Virus record (IMG/VR): IMGVR_UViG_3300028920_000088
Span: 1-52,015 of that record
Direction: 5' to 3' (one strand)
DNA: 52,015 bases
Source: a virus
Taxonomy: Duplodnaviria > Caudoviricetes
Of the stretch, positions 1-9,360 are shown piece by piece. Below the pieces are notes generated by a model, which was not told the origin of the DNA, ran no database searches, and saw nothing but the letters and a program-made list of their open reading frames with translations. Each line of letters opens with the position of its first letter. The stretch's first letter is position 1. The position numbers were made by a program, and so were the translations under genes.

Positions 1-74
1 TACGAAGCAGAGAGCCGACTCGTACGACAAGAGACGATATCCGTTCAGCCGATAGATGAGGAACTAGCTAGTCA

Positions 75-1211
75 ATGGCCGATGTGTTTGTACAATCTGG
101 GGATTCTACCAACGTAGGTATACCTGCTCCGTTTCTACAAGGAGTTTTTATTCCTGGAGTAGACCTCTCTACGAAAGTAGATGGCTTCGGGCAGGTTAAT
201 GTCTTGGGTGGGGGGCCCTCCGTAAGCAGGTACGACGGTTATGGAGTGCAGTCAGAACCAGCGGAAGCCTCCTCGGTAGCACTGGACGCCATGTATAGTA
301 CTATTAGTGGCATGGGCCAATCCAATATAACTTACAACTTCGAGGGCCTCCTAGGCCCGCAGGGGCCTCCAGGACCAGCAGGACCTCCAGGAATTGGCAT
401 CACTAATTATATTGGGGGTACGATACCTGTAGACACAAATACTATAGTAGCGGACGTGCCTCTTACGAATGGTATTGTGTTTAGTGACGGCGGTGGTGGA
501 GTTGTTACTTGGACTACCGGCACGTTAAGATATAAGGGGACCGACTATACCATAGCTGCGGAAGATACTGGAGATACTAATGCCTATATATATTGGGACT
601 TGAACTCCAACAATACCACCTTTAAGACTACTGCTACGTTGGCAGATGCTCTTGGAGCAGATAAGTGGGCAATGTGTTATAATGATGGTGGAACTCCTTA
701 TCCGGCATACTCCAACAAGATACTACATGGCGGATATATTGAGGCTTCCACCATTGATACGGTGAATTTGAATGCACTAAGCATAACTACCGAGAAGATC
801 AACAACTTGGACGTGACTACCGGAAAAATAGCTAATGAGGCTACCTCCATATCGGAGTCTGCTTCGACTGCTGCGGAATTGTCCTTGGACGCTGGGGCCG
901 ATACTATACAGACATTATCTGATGTGAACGCATTAGGCTACCCTATTACACTAACTGGCACATTCAACATGTATAATGCTAGCGTTACTACAAATAGAGC
1001 ATATGCAGTAGATTTTTATGAGGGGGCCAACTTGCTAGTAACTAGGTATACCCCTTTGGTACCACTAAGTGCTTGGAGTTCTTGCTCATTAAGTCATACA
1101 TATACTCCTACTACAGGAGATAAAACGTACTACCTTAAAGTCACTAGAGCTATGGCAGGAGATAAGGTAAGTAACCGTATACTTGCAGCTACCGTGGACA
1201 AGGGAAAATAA
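75..1211 (+). CDS. Tail fibre-like virion protein with a short collagen-like repeat
   Basis: 378 aa, rich in T/G/S/D. Contains a GPQGPPGPAGPPG (G-X-Y) stretch and ITTEKI/VTTGKIA-type fibre repeats. Lies among tail genes. Confidence 0.6.
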   Translation: MADVFVQSGDSTNVGIPAPFLQGVFIPGVDLSTKVDGFGQVNVLGGGPSVSRYDGYGVQSEPAEASSVALDAMYSTISGMGQSNITYNFEGLLGPQGPPGPAGPPGIGITNYIGGTIPVDTNTIVADVPLTNGIVFSDGGGGVVTWTTGTLRYKGTDYTIAAEDTGDTNAYIYWDLNSNNTTFKTTATLADALGADKWAMCYNDGGTPYPAYSNKILHGGYIEASTIDTVNLNALSITTEKINNLDVTTGKIANEATSISESASTAAELSLDAGADTIQTLSDVNALGYPITLTGTFNMYNASVTTNRAYAVDFYEGANLLVTRYTPLVPLSAWSSCSLSHTYTPTTGDKTYYLKVTRAMAGDKVSNRILAATVDKGK

Positions 1212-1406
1212 ATGAGTAAAGACCATTTTATTGTGTGCAGCGGCGATACTATCCTTAGACGTGGAGTATGTGGAAATGGGAAAGCTCTGGAAAAAACTAC
1301 TCTGCCTGGAGAATATATTATCTTGTTAGAAGGCCAACAGGTCTATGAGGATATCGAAAGGATGTATAAACTACAAAATAGAAAATTGGTAAAGAATAAT
1401 GGCTGA
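1212..1406 (+). CDS. Small hypothetical protein (possible tail fibre assembly factor)
   Basis: 64 aa, starts immediately after the upstream stop and overlaps the next start. Confidence 0.45.
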   Translation: MSKDHFIVCSGDTILRRGVCGNGKALEKTTLPGEYIILLEGQQVYEDIERMYKLQNRKLVKNNG

Positions 1407-4305
1407 AGATAGAATATACCTACATCAGAAGTATGAGTCCCCAAGGATGGATAGGTCGGTGCCGTACGAGCAGGTGAAGAAGGGCTCCTTAGGTAAGGTG
1501 TCAGGGGCCGACGGCAGATTCAATGGAGGGATTCGTAAGTTCTACGGGATGCGAGAAGTCCTCGATATCGACGACGTAACTAACATGGGGGGAATAGATG
1601 CCTATGACGGACCAAGCTACTTTAAGGCAGTAACGTTCCAGAAGAAGGATACGTCTACCGTGTATCGCGGCTTCGTCATTAGGTGGGATAGCCAAAATGA
1701 TAATACTGCCGAGCAGGTAGATCTTATTTATACAGCCAATAGTGGAACCTCTTGGTCGAGACACGCTATTTGGGGATGCCGATCTATAGCGTTCACGTCT
1801 GGGGGCACGACCGAAATCTCGATAGGAGATACAATTACTGGAGCTACTGGCGGGGCTACCGCGTATGTGGACTTCGTAGTATTGTCCTCCGGATCATGGG
1901 CTGGAGGAGATGCTGCCGGAACATTCTACGTTAGGAATCAATCAGGAACGTTCGAGAGTGAGAACCTAAATGTAGGAGCTTCCACGAACCTGGCTACTAT
2001 AGCTGGAGATACTACAAACAATTCGATTTCTAGTACTGCCGATATTGATTGTGCTGTGGATAGAGGGTTCCTAATAGTCGGGATAGAGGGTAGTGCGACG
2101 AAGACTACGTATTGGAATGGCTCCTCTATAGTTACTGTGTCCAGTGGTCCGGGAGACTTTGATACAGAGCTTACGGCTCCAACCCTGAATACATCCTCCG
2201 TAAATACTAGCTACCAACTGAAGGGTAATGGGACCTACCAAGTAGCATACCGATTTTACGACTCTACTCGTGGAATATACAGTGCGTTAAGTGCACCTCT
2301 TACGATACATCTGGATCGCATGAAGACGACATATGCTACTGGCACTATTACATTCAATAGCGGGGGAGATAACTCCGGCCTAATGCAGTCTGGTGATATC
2401 TTTACAATCAATAGTAGGACCTACGAGTATATATCTGACTCCGGGTCGGACGTGATTATTAGTGCAGCATCAGCTGCTGATATAGAATCACACGCTGAGG
2501 CATTGGCAGATGCAATCAATGGGGACAGCTCAGCTGAGGTGACAGCTACAGCCCAAGCAACGTCGGTGCTTATTACTGCCTCCACTAGGGGATCAGACGC
2601 TAACTCGTATGGATTGGTAGTAACTGTAGGGGGAAATGACTTCTCTGCATCAGGGAGCACCCTTTCTGGGGGCGGAGATGCTACATCGGAGCCAGAAGAT
2701 CAGTGTCGAGCTACGATTGACTTCCCTGCAAATACAGCGGTAGTGTCTGGGGAGGCTTACTCGGACTTTGCCGCCTTGTTCGATACAGTAGATATTTTCC
2801 GGACTGTGAATTTGGGAGAGACAGTATCGACGCAGGGAGCCATCTTCTATCTGGAAAGTACGATTGCTAAAACGGGAAATTGGGCTACGTCAGGAACGTG
2901 GGACTCCCTTACAGCATACATAGGTTCCAAGGTTGATGACGCATTGCCGTTCCAAATCATGTACGATCCGGAAAAGGATATTATACAGACGCCTCCGCAG
3001 AGTGGAACCATTGGTAGGTACGGCAGGCTAACCTTCATGGCTCAAGCGTCCAGCGTCGATGGGGGATACGATACCCTACATAGTAGTTACGAGCATACGA
3101 GTCCGGAATACTTCAGCACCTACAATAAGAGGAGAGGAGACCCGGAGGACGGTAGGCCTCTCAGATTTATCAGGGCTGGGGTCAGCCTGTTCCAACTATG
3201 TTATAACTCTATCGTGCATATATTTAAGTCGGGAGATACGAAGCCGCTTCAGTATACGAGGCTACATGAGAAGCGTGGTATCGTAGGGAAGGGAGCCGCC
3301 CACTCAAGCGGAAATAGTATATTCATGGTTAGTGGATTGGGGGTAGCAGCCCTGAATGCTACTGATGGAAGTATGGGGGGTATTTCAGCGGCGGACCGAG
3401 TAATCTTTGACGATTGGAAGTCCTATTTGTCTGAGATTGAATCATGCTACGACGCCCTGATGAATTGCAGCTTCTTTCTGTGTCCTTCACTCAGGCAAAT
3501 ACTATGCTTGTGGCACTCTAGCAGGACGGTATCTTTCCTGGAGGGGGCAAACTTCGTGGGGGCCTCCGGCGGACCCAACGTTAGTGGGACAAATGACAGG
3601 GCGTTCTTCATAACGGCTACTGGCCTGATTGTTTCCCCCGACGTACTGGAGGCAGGGAGCGGTACGATGTGGGACCTAGCTAGTACATATACCTTGGACA
3701 GTACGGTTACTACCGGGGGAACAACATTGACGGATACGGAGGCTACCTTCCATGCCGACATGGTTGGGGCGAGACTTTACATTACGAATGGGACAAACGC
3801 AGGATACGACAGAGAAATAGCTAGTGTGAACACCAGTACGAAGGTACTGACGTTTACTGAAAATTTCCCCTACGATATAGGGGCTACTGACCGATACAGT
3901 ATTAGTCCTGTCCCCTTTATCGTCCGTACTTGGCCGCTGGCACAAGAGGAATTGTCCCCCTTCGTGAGACGTATACTGATGGGGGTGGCTGTGAAGGCCA
4001 GCGATCAGTCTGGATTTGAGGAAAATACCAATAAGTACTGGAGGGTCTCGGCGTATCGGGACAGGGAGCCTACACCTGAGCAACAGATGGTTTATATATC
4101 GATGGATTATGGGCCTGGCGTTTCCTGCGGAGGCCTTAATATAGATGGGGTGAATGTTACTCCTTACATTGAGCAGATATCTACTGGAACTATGTTTGAA
4201 TTAACTGACGCCGAATTCGCCATGACTCCAACTGACAGCAGGATGACCGGGGACGAGTACGCATACGGAGATGGTGACTACGGATCGGGAAGGTACGGTT
4301 ACTAA
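1399..4305 (+). CDS. Large tail structural protein (tail nozzle/stabilisation protein-like, with inserted beta-rich domains)
   Basis: 968 aa, beta-rich T/S/G composition, YQVAYRFYD motif. Sits upstream of the tailspike and putative ejection proteins, as in podoviruses. Confidence 0.55.
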   Translation: MAEDRIYLHQKYESPRMDRSVPYEQVKKGSLGKVSGADGRFNGGIRKFYGMREVLDIDDVTNMGGIDAYDGPSYFKAVTFQKKDTSTVYRGFVIRWDSQNDNTAEQVDLIYTANSGTSWSRHAIWGCRSIAFTSGGTTEISIGDTITGATGGATAYVDFVVLSSGSWAGGDAAGTFYVRNQSGTFESENLNVGASTNLATIAGDTTNNSISSTADIDCAVDRGFLIVGIEGSATKTTYWNGSSIVTVSSGPGDFDTELTAPTLNTSSVNTSYQLKGNGTYQVAYRFYDSTRGIYSALSAPLTIHLDRMKTTYATGTITFNSGGDNSGLMQSGDIFTINSRTYEYISDSGSDVIISAASAADIESHAEALADAINGDSSAEVTATAQATSVLITASTRGSDANSYGLVVTVGGNDFSASGSTLSGGGDATSEPEDQCRATIDFPANTAVVSGEAYSDFAALFDTVDIFRTVNLGETVSTQGAIFYLESTIAKTGNWATSGTWDSLTAYIGSKVDDALPFQIMYDPEKDIIQTPPQSGTIGRYGRLTFMAQASSVDGGYDTLHSSYEHTSPEYFSTYNKRRGDPEDGRPLRFIRAGVSLFQLCYNSIVHIFKSGDTKPLQYTRLHEKRGIVGKGAAHSSGNSIFMVSGLGVAALNATDGSMGGISAADRVIFDDWKSYLSEIESCYDALMNCSFFLCPSLRQILCLWHSSRTVSFLEGANFVGASGGPNVSGTNDRAFFITATGLIVSPDVLEAGSGTMWDLASTYTLDSTVTTGGTTLTDTEATFHADMVGARLYITNGTNAGYDREIASVNTSTKVLTFTENFPYDIGATDRYSISPVPFIVRTWPLAQEELSPFVRRILMGVAVKASDQSGFEENTNKYWRVSAYRDREPTPEQQMVYISMDYGPGVSCGGLNIDGVNVTPYIEQISTGTMFELTDAEFAMTPTDSRMTGDEYAYGDGDYGSGRYGY

Positions 4306-5729
4306 TGGCTGAGACTTATCCACTTCCAACAGTAAATGACGATAGGGGTACTTGGGGGCCCAAGCTAAATAACTACCTGAACTCTATGAAACCGTTCTAT
4401 AGTGTCAAGACCTATGGAGCAAAGGGCGACGGCAGCACTGACGATACGGCGGCTATACAGGCGGCGATAGACGCAGCCCGTGCTATAAGGACTGCCGGTG
4501 AACTAGAGCCAGCAGTTTATATCCCCGGTTCTCAATACTCCTACATGGTGTCAAATCTGACGGTTTACAATGGGACCAAACTTATCGGTGACGGACCCCA
4601 TCATTCTCGGCTCAAGATGATTACCGGCTCCACAGGGGTGATGATAGGTGATGATGGTAACGCTGTTGGGACTATTATTGCTGATTTGATGATACACGGT
4701 AATTCATGCACCGCTGACGGCATAGACTTGGGCCATAGTAGCTATCCACTGGGGACATTCGGCGGATGCTGGAATTTATATGTGAGCAACTTTACCGGAT
4801 GGGGAATTAAGATCCTCGGCAACGCTGCTCATCTTGAAACATGCGAAGTCACCAATTGTACCACTGGTGGAATCTATAATGATGGTTCTGGCAATCATCT
4901 CCGCAATTTGATGATAGGCGAAAGTGCCATAGGCATAGACGTCACAGCGGCTTTAACACACCTTCACGGCGTTCACTTTGAAGGGGAGCATTCCACTGCC
5001 TGTATCAGAGTTCAGGGCGACGGCGACAAGATTATACTGGAAAGCATAGATTGTTATATCGGGGCTGGTAACACAATAAACACCGTCGTGGAAATCGAGT
5101 CTGGGGCCGGACAAGTTATGATTCAGGGTCTTGTGGTTAGCAAGGCACCTACCGGCACATTGACCAAGGGAATGATATATGACCAGACGTTAGCCTATGA
5201 CCGTGTCGTAGTTGATACCAGCAATTATTCAGTGGAGTCTTATACATCGGGCTTGGGATATGTTAGTCGAAACGGCAGAGCTAATTCCCCGCCGACAGAG
5301 GGAACGTGGGTTTACGGAGACGTTTTCCTAAATACTTCGGCGGGATATGGTGAATCTATTGGCTGGGTATGTACTGCACAGGGTTCGCCGGGCACGTGGG
5401 CATCTATGGGCACGTCTCCGGGCTATCAGGACAAGACGGCAACCTATTCCGTTCTTGCAGCGGACACCGGCAAGAGATTCAGTAATACAGGAGCAACAGA
5501 GGCCATTGAGTTCGACCTTCCAGCTGATGCCGAGAACCTTGAATATGAATTCGTTAAGACTACTGATGAAGCAGTAACAATAGACCCTAATGGTACAGAT
5601 ACTATTCAAGGTCTTGGTGCAGGAGTAGCTCTAACTTTGACAAATGTTGGTGATGCAGTGAAGGTCTCATGGCTGTCATCAGGTGTATGGCGTGCTCAAT
5701 ATTATGATGCGACACTTTATGTTCCGTAA
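4305..5729 (+). CDS. Tailspike/depolymerase, pectate-lyase-3-like right-handed beta-helix
   Basis: Signature SVKTYGAKGDGSTDDTAAIQAAIDAA followed by beta-helix repeats. N-terminal WGxKLN particle-binding motif and C-terminal GWVCT..G.PGTW motif. Confidence 0.8.
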   Translation: MAETYPLPTVNDDRGTWGPKLNNYLNSMKPFYSVKTYGAKGDGSTDDTAAIQAAIDAARAIRTAGELEPAVYIPGSQYSYMVSNLTVYNGTKLIGDGPHHSRLKMITGSTGVMIGDDGNAVGTIIADLMIHGNSCTADGIDLGHSSYPLGTFGGCWNLYVSNFTGWGIKILGNAAHLETCEVTNCTTGGIYNDGSGNHLRNLMIGESAIGIDVTAALTHLHGVHFEGEHSTACIRVQGDGDKIILESIDCYIGAGNTINTVVEIESGAGQVMIQGLVVSKAPTGTLTKGMIYDQTLAYDRVVVDTSNYSVESYTSGLGYVSRNGRANSPPTEGTWVYGDVFLNTSAGYGESIGWVCTAQGSPGTWASMGTSPGYQDKTATYSVLAADTGKRFSNTGATEAIEFDLPADAENLEYEFVKTTDEAVTIDPNGTDTIQGLGAGVALTLTNVGDAVKVSWLSSGVWRAQYYDATLYVP

Positions 5730-5737
5730 GAAAGTAG

Positions 5738-5766
5738 TTGACAGTAATGGGATACCCTATTATAAT
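5738..5766 (+). promoter_or_regulatory. Perfect sigma70 consensus promoter
   Basis: TTGACA (5738-5743), 17 bp spacer, TATAAT (5761-5766). Followed by SD GAGGTG and the ATG at 5791. Confidence 0.85.
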
Positions 5767-5771
5767 AGGGT
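5754..5771. promoter_or_regulatory. 18-bp perfect palindrome over the -10 box (candidate operator)
   Basis: ACCCTATTATAATAGGGT is its own reverse complement. Confidence 0.55.
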
Positions 5772-5790
5772 TTAGAAAGAGGTGGATTAA

Positions 5791-6963
5791 ATGGCAATGG
5801 AAATGGATTATACTAAGTTTCTGAAGGCCGATGCAACTGGTGGGGACCCGTTCAACTACGAGGCGTTCCGGAAAACGATAGGTGATTTGGCTAGTCAGAC
5901 TCGTGAGGTTAGTGGAACGGAAGGATACCAAGCGGCAGTCCCCCTTTATGAGTCGATCAAATCTAGTGGATGGTCTCCAGGATCGTCGGGCTCCCTATCT
6001 TCGTATCTTAGTTCAGGGTCTAAAGTTGCGGCAAAAGCCCAAGCTGAAGCTGGAATGGCTAAGGCAAGAGGGGATATCCAATCGTTGCAGGGGCAAGCAG
6101 ACAAGGCCTCCGCAGGACTCGAAGTTATGGGAGCTGGAATGGAGGCCTACATGAAGAGGCTTCAGTCGGCCCAGGACTTCGCCGCTACATCCTATCAGTC
6201 TGCCGCCGAGGGTTGGGGGGCCGCTGCGGAGAAAGCAGACGAGTACGTGCAGGCGTCGAGGGCCCGAGTAGCAGAAGTCCTAAGCACGTTAGATGAAACA
6301 CATCAACAGATTGGTAGGGATCGGGACTTCGCTCGTGCACATGCCATGCAGGCTGGGGTACAGGCTACGCTAGGGTCCATGAAGGCCGAAGAGCGTAATA
6401 TCCTACAGAATTATGGTGCTGACTCTGCTGAGTATAACCAGTTCGTCCAAAGTAAAGGGACTGCCTTGGCTACGATGGCCAGTAATATCCATACGAACTA
6501 CCAGCAGTTGGCGGAGACGGCTAGTGTCCAACATATGATGGCCACCAACGAGGCTATGTGGAAGCAGAATATGTATACTAGCTTTCAGGAGCAGCAGCAT
6601 GTCGAGATGCTAAAGTTCCTGGAGTCCTCGAAGTACCAGTATGCTATGGAGAAAGCCAAATTCGATGTGGAAGTTGAACAACTACGGATGGCTGGTATGG
6701 AAAATGTTGCTAGCTGGTTTTATAATACACCTAACTTCATGTATGATGCTATGCCTATAGTTGACGTACTGGCCGAGGTAGCTAACTCGATGAGTGTTAA
6801 TCGGCAGCTCGCAAATATGATGTCGAGTCAGCGGGGCGGATTCAGTATTAGTCCTCTATACTCATCTGCATCTAGTATTCCAGCCCCGTCTTCTAGTACA
6901 CCAACAAGCAAAAAATCCTCCGTAAAACCCGATGGAAAGGCTTCTGAAAGAGTCTCAAGCTAG
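5791..6963 (+). CDS. Putative internal virion (ejection) protein
   Basis: 390 aa, A/Q/M-rich and predicted helical. Position after the tail genes is typical of podovirus DNA-ejection proteins. Confidence 0.5.
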   Translation: MAMEMDYTKFLKADATGGDPFNYEAFRKTIGDLASQTREVSGTEGYQAAVPLYESIKSSGWSPGSSGSLSSYLSSGSKVAAKAQAEAGMAKARGDIQSLQGQADKASAGLEVMGAGMEAYMKRLQSAQDFAATSYQSAAEGWGAAAEKADEYVQASRARVAEVLSTLDETHQQIGRDRDFARAHAMQAGVQATLGSMKAEERNILQNYGADSAEYNQFVQSKGTALATMASNIHTNYQQLAETASVQHMMATNEAMWKQNMYTSFQEQQHVEMLKFLESSKYQYAMEKAKFDVEVEQLRMAGMENVASWFYNTPNFMYDAMPIVDVLAEVANSMSVNRQLANMMSSQRGGFSISPLYSSASSIPAPSSSTPTSKKSSVKPDGKASERVSS

Positions 6964-6975
6964 AAAGGTTAAATA

Positions 6976-8271
6976 ATGGCTAATGGAAATATAGTTACAG
7001 GCGGTGCTGTCAACCCGTCGGTAGTAGCAAGTATGGCACAGAATAAGCAGGCTCGGGAGAATCGTGTCCTCCAAGCCATGCAGAGTGAGACTGCCCTCAA
7101 GCAGACCGCAATGCAGGAAGAGGGGTCATATGCTAGGCAGAACCAAGTACTGGCCGCACAGTCGGCAGAGAGAGGAGCAGATAGAGCTGCCGAAATACGA
7201 GGTAGGATAGAGGATAGAAGATGGAGAACAGATGAGGCCGCACTAGATAGGGAACTAGAAAAGGACATTCAGGACTCTCTTTTCAAGCACGAGACTGGGC
7301 TAAGAAATCAATCTATCGAACTCATGAGAGAGGGAATGCACGATACTAAAATGTACCGAGCGAAGCAAATGCTTGTAGACATCGTTAGAAATCTTGATAA
7401 TGCTAGGACCCTAAGGGCACTAGGAGAAAGAGCTAACGAGGCTGAGACTTCTTACCAAGTTACCCTCGATAATATAATGAGAAAGACAGAAGAGGCTAAA
7501 GCATTACGGGAGTACTCTGTAGGGGTAGTAGGTCGTGTCTCAGATGCTCTAGCCCGAGAACCGAGGTTCGGTCTTTCAGCCATAAGAGAGTGGGGTCCCA
7601 AATTAGGTACGGAGTCTATGATGGTCGCCCTAAACAACTCCCTAAGCGGAGAGAGTACTTCGCTGAATATCCACGAGAAGGCCCCGTTCTTTGTACTAGG
7701 AGCTACGGAGGACGAAGTAATTAAAGGGATCGCCGAGGGAAAGTACGTAGCAGAAGATTTCATTAAGGTAGCAGGGGTATTGGATGGCGGAATAAAAGCT
7801 CTAGAGACTGAAGCTAAACGTAAAGATATTGGGAAAATTCACCGAGTCGAAGCCGAGACTCTGGAGTCTCTGAAGTCTGCATTAGCAGTAAGGCGTGGCC
7901 TGCTGGACAAATGGATTACCGACAAAACTCCAATGAAGGACCAATCCTTTGGAGAGACCGTTGGTGACTACATGAGATATATTATCAGCAGGATAAATAA
8001 TAGTAGTTGGGGGGGTACGTGGCAGAGGGCTGCCGAGGCTGCTGGGCCTGGAATGAAGATGGGGGACCTCTTAAATGCGGCAGGAAATTCCCAAGCTTCA
8101 TTCATTGATGCTCTAGGAATGATTGATATCGGGGAAGATGACCCAGACTTCCAAGAATTATATAACTGGTCAGCTGGTCGAGACTCACATAGACAGAAGT
8201 ACTTTAACGGAGAGAAAATTGAGACCAATACTGACGACCTAATAATTAAAGACAACGTAATAATTAAATAG
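6976..8271 (+). CDS. Putative internal virion (ejection) protein
   Basis: 431 aa with a coiled-coil-like Q/E/R/A N-terminus; same gene cluster. Confidence 0.45.
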   Translation: MANGNIVTGGAVNPSVVASMAQNKQARENRVLQAMQSETALKQTAMQEEGSYARQNQVLAAQSAERGADRAAEIRGRIEDRRWRTDEAALDRELEKDIQDSLFKHETGLRNQSIELMREGMHDTKMYRAKQMLVDIVRNLDNARTLRALGERANEAETSYQVTLDNIMRKTEEAKALREYSVGVVGRVSDALAREPRFGLSAIREWGPKLGTESMMVALNNSLSGESTSLNIHEKAPFFVLGATEDEVIKGIAEGKYVAEDFIKVAGVLDGGIKALETEAKRKDIGKIHRVEAETLESLKSALAVRRGLLDKWITDKTPMKDQSFGETVGDYMRYIISRINNSSWGGTWQRAAEAAGPGMKMGDLLNAAGNSQASFIDALGMIDIGEDDPDFQELYNWSAGRDSHRQKYFNGEKIETNTDDLIIKDNVIIK

Positions 8272-8281
8272 GGGGTATATT

Positions 8282-8683
8282 ATGACACCTGCCGAATGGG
8301 TAGCACTAATAGGGTTAATGATAGCAGGTTACAAAGCTATGGACCTTGGGTATAAGAGAGGAGAGAGGAAAAAGGACGCCGCCCTTCAAGAGAAGCAGCT
8401 GGCTTCTGAGGAACGGATGGCAACTGCCGAGCGTAAGGGGGCAAAGAAGTCCTTGAAGGAGACCCGCTCACGTGAAGATGAGTACATGAAGATGCTGATG
8501 AGCATGAATGAAATGGCTAGGGGGGAAAAACGCGAGAGCCGGAGCTTTTCGGCTATGCAAGCTAGCAAGGACAGGCAGGCTATGATGATGATGCAAATGA
8601 TGTCTGCTCTAATGGCTAACAAGCAGGAGGCTCCAAGCGGAGTTGTCCCGCCCTCGTCTGGAATGCTTTCCCTACTGAGATAG
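8282..8683 (+). CDS. Putative small ejection/DNA-transfer protein
   Basis: 133 aa, hydrophobic N-terminal segment followed by a Met-rich coiled coil. Confidence 0.45.
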   Translation: MTPAEWVALIGLMIAGYKAMDLGYKRGERKKDAALQEKQLASEERMATAERKGAKKSLKETRSREDEYMKMLMSMNEMARGEKRESRSFSAMQASKDRQAMMMMQMMSALMANKQEAPSGVVPPSSGMLSLLR

Positions 8684-8696
8684 AGAGGTTATAAGA

Positions 8697-9359
8697 ATGG
8701 CTAAACTACCAACTAAGCATAATGCCGAGACAATGGAATGGTTCGTCAGAGCTATAACGGAAGGTCGCTCGGGCGGGAAGCCGAAGGACATGAAGAACTT
8801 CTTTCCTGGGATGGGGGCTGTTGATAAATCGGTCGGAAAGGTTCCGAGCGTGGAGGCTTCCAAGGCTAAGAGGCTACAGAAGATGCTGGCCGAGGGGAAG
8901 TTTAATCCTTCCGCAGCTAAGGCCTCCGCAGGGAAGGAGGCAGCTAAGAAGGCGGCTAGGTCCGGAGGCAAGTTCACTAAAGCAGCCGGAGAAACTATTA
9001 GCAAGACAGATGACATGACTTGGTTGGGGAAGTTCTTTGGTAAGGGCGGGGGGATGTCAAAAGTCGGCAAGTTCATGTCCGGCAAATCTGGAGTAGCCCT
9101 CGACGCAGTCCTATTCGGACTGTACCTGATGAACATGCAAGAGAAGCTGATGGAGTCTGGGTTCGCTCGCCAAGCTGAGGAGAACGTGATAGAATCACGG
9201 GAGGATGTTCTTACTCCACAGCACTTCTATCTACAGTCGGCGTTGCCCGAGGCACAGGAGCGGGAGCGTGGATTGCGACAAGCTGTCGTAGGCAGACTAG
9301 CTACAGGCGGAGTTCTCGGACCTTCACTGGCACGCGGCGAAACCATGATAGGGAGCTAA
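8697..9359 (+). CDS. Hypothetical virion-associated protein
   Basis: 220 aa, G/K/A-rich, with SD GAGAGG; in the ejection-protein cluster. Confidence 0.5.
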   Translation: MAKLPTKHNAETMEWFVRAITEGRSGGKPKDMKNFFPGMGAVDKSVGKVPSVEASKAKRLQKMLAEGKFNPSAAKASAGKEAAKKAARSGGKFTKAAGETISKTDDMTWLGKFFGKGGGMSKVGKFMSGKSGVALDAVLFGLYLMNMQEKLMESGFARQAEENVIESREDVLTPQHFYLQSALPEAQERERGLRQAVVGRLATGGVLGPSLARGETMIGS

Positions 9360-9360
9360 C

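Noticed and set aside
1-74. 3' end of an upstream gene
   Set aside because: Too short to determine the frame or product reliably.
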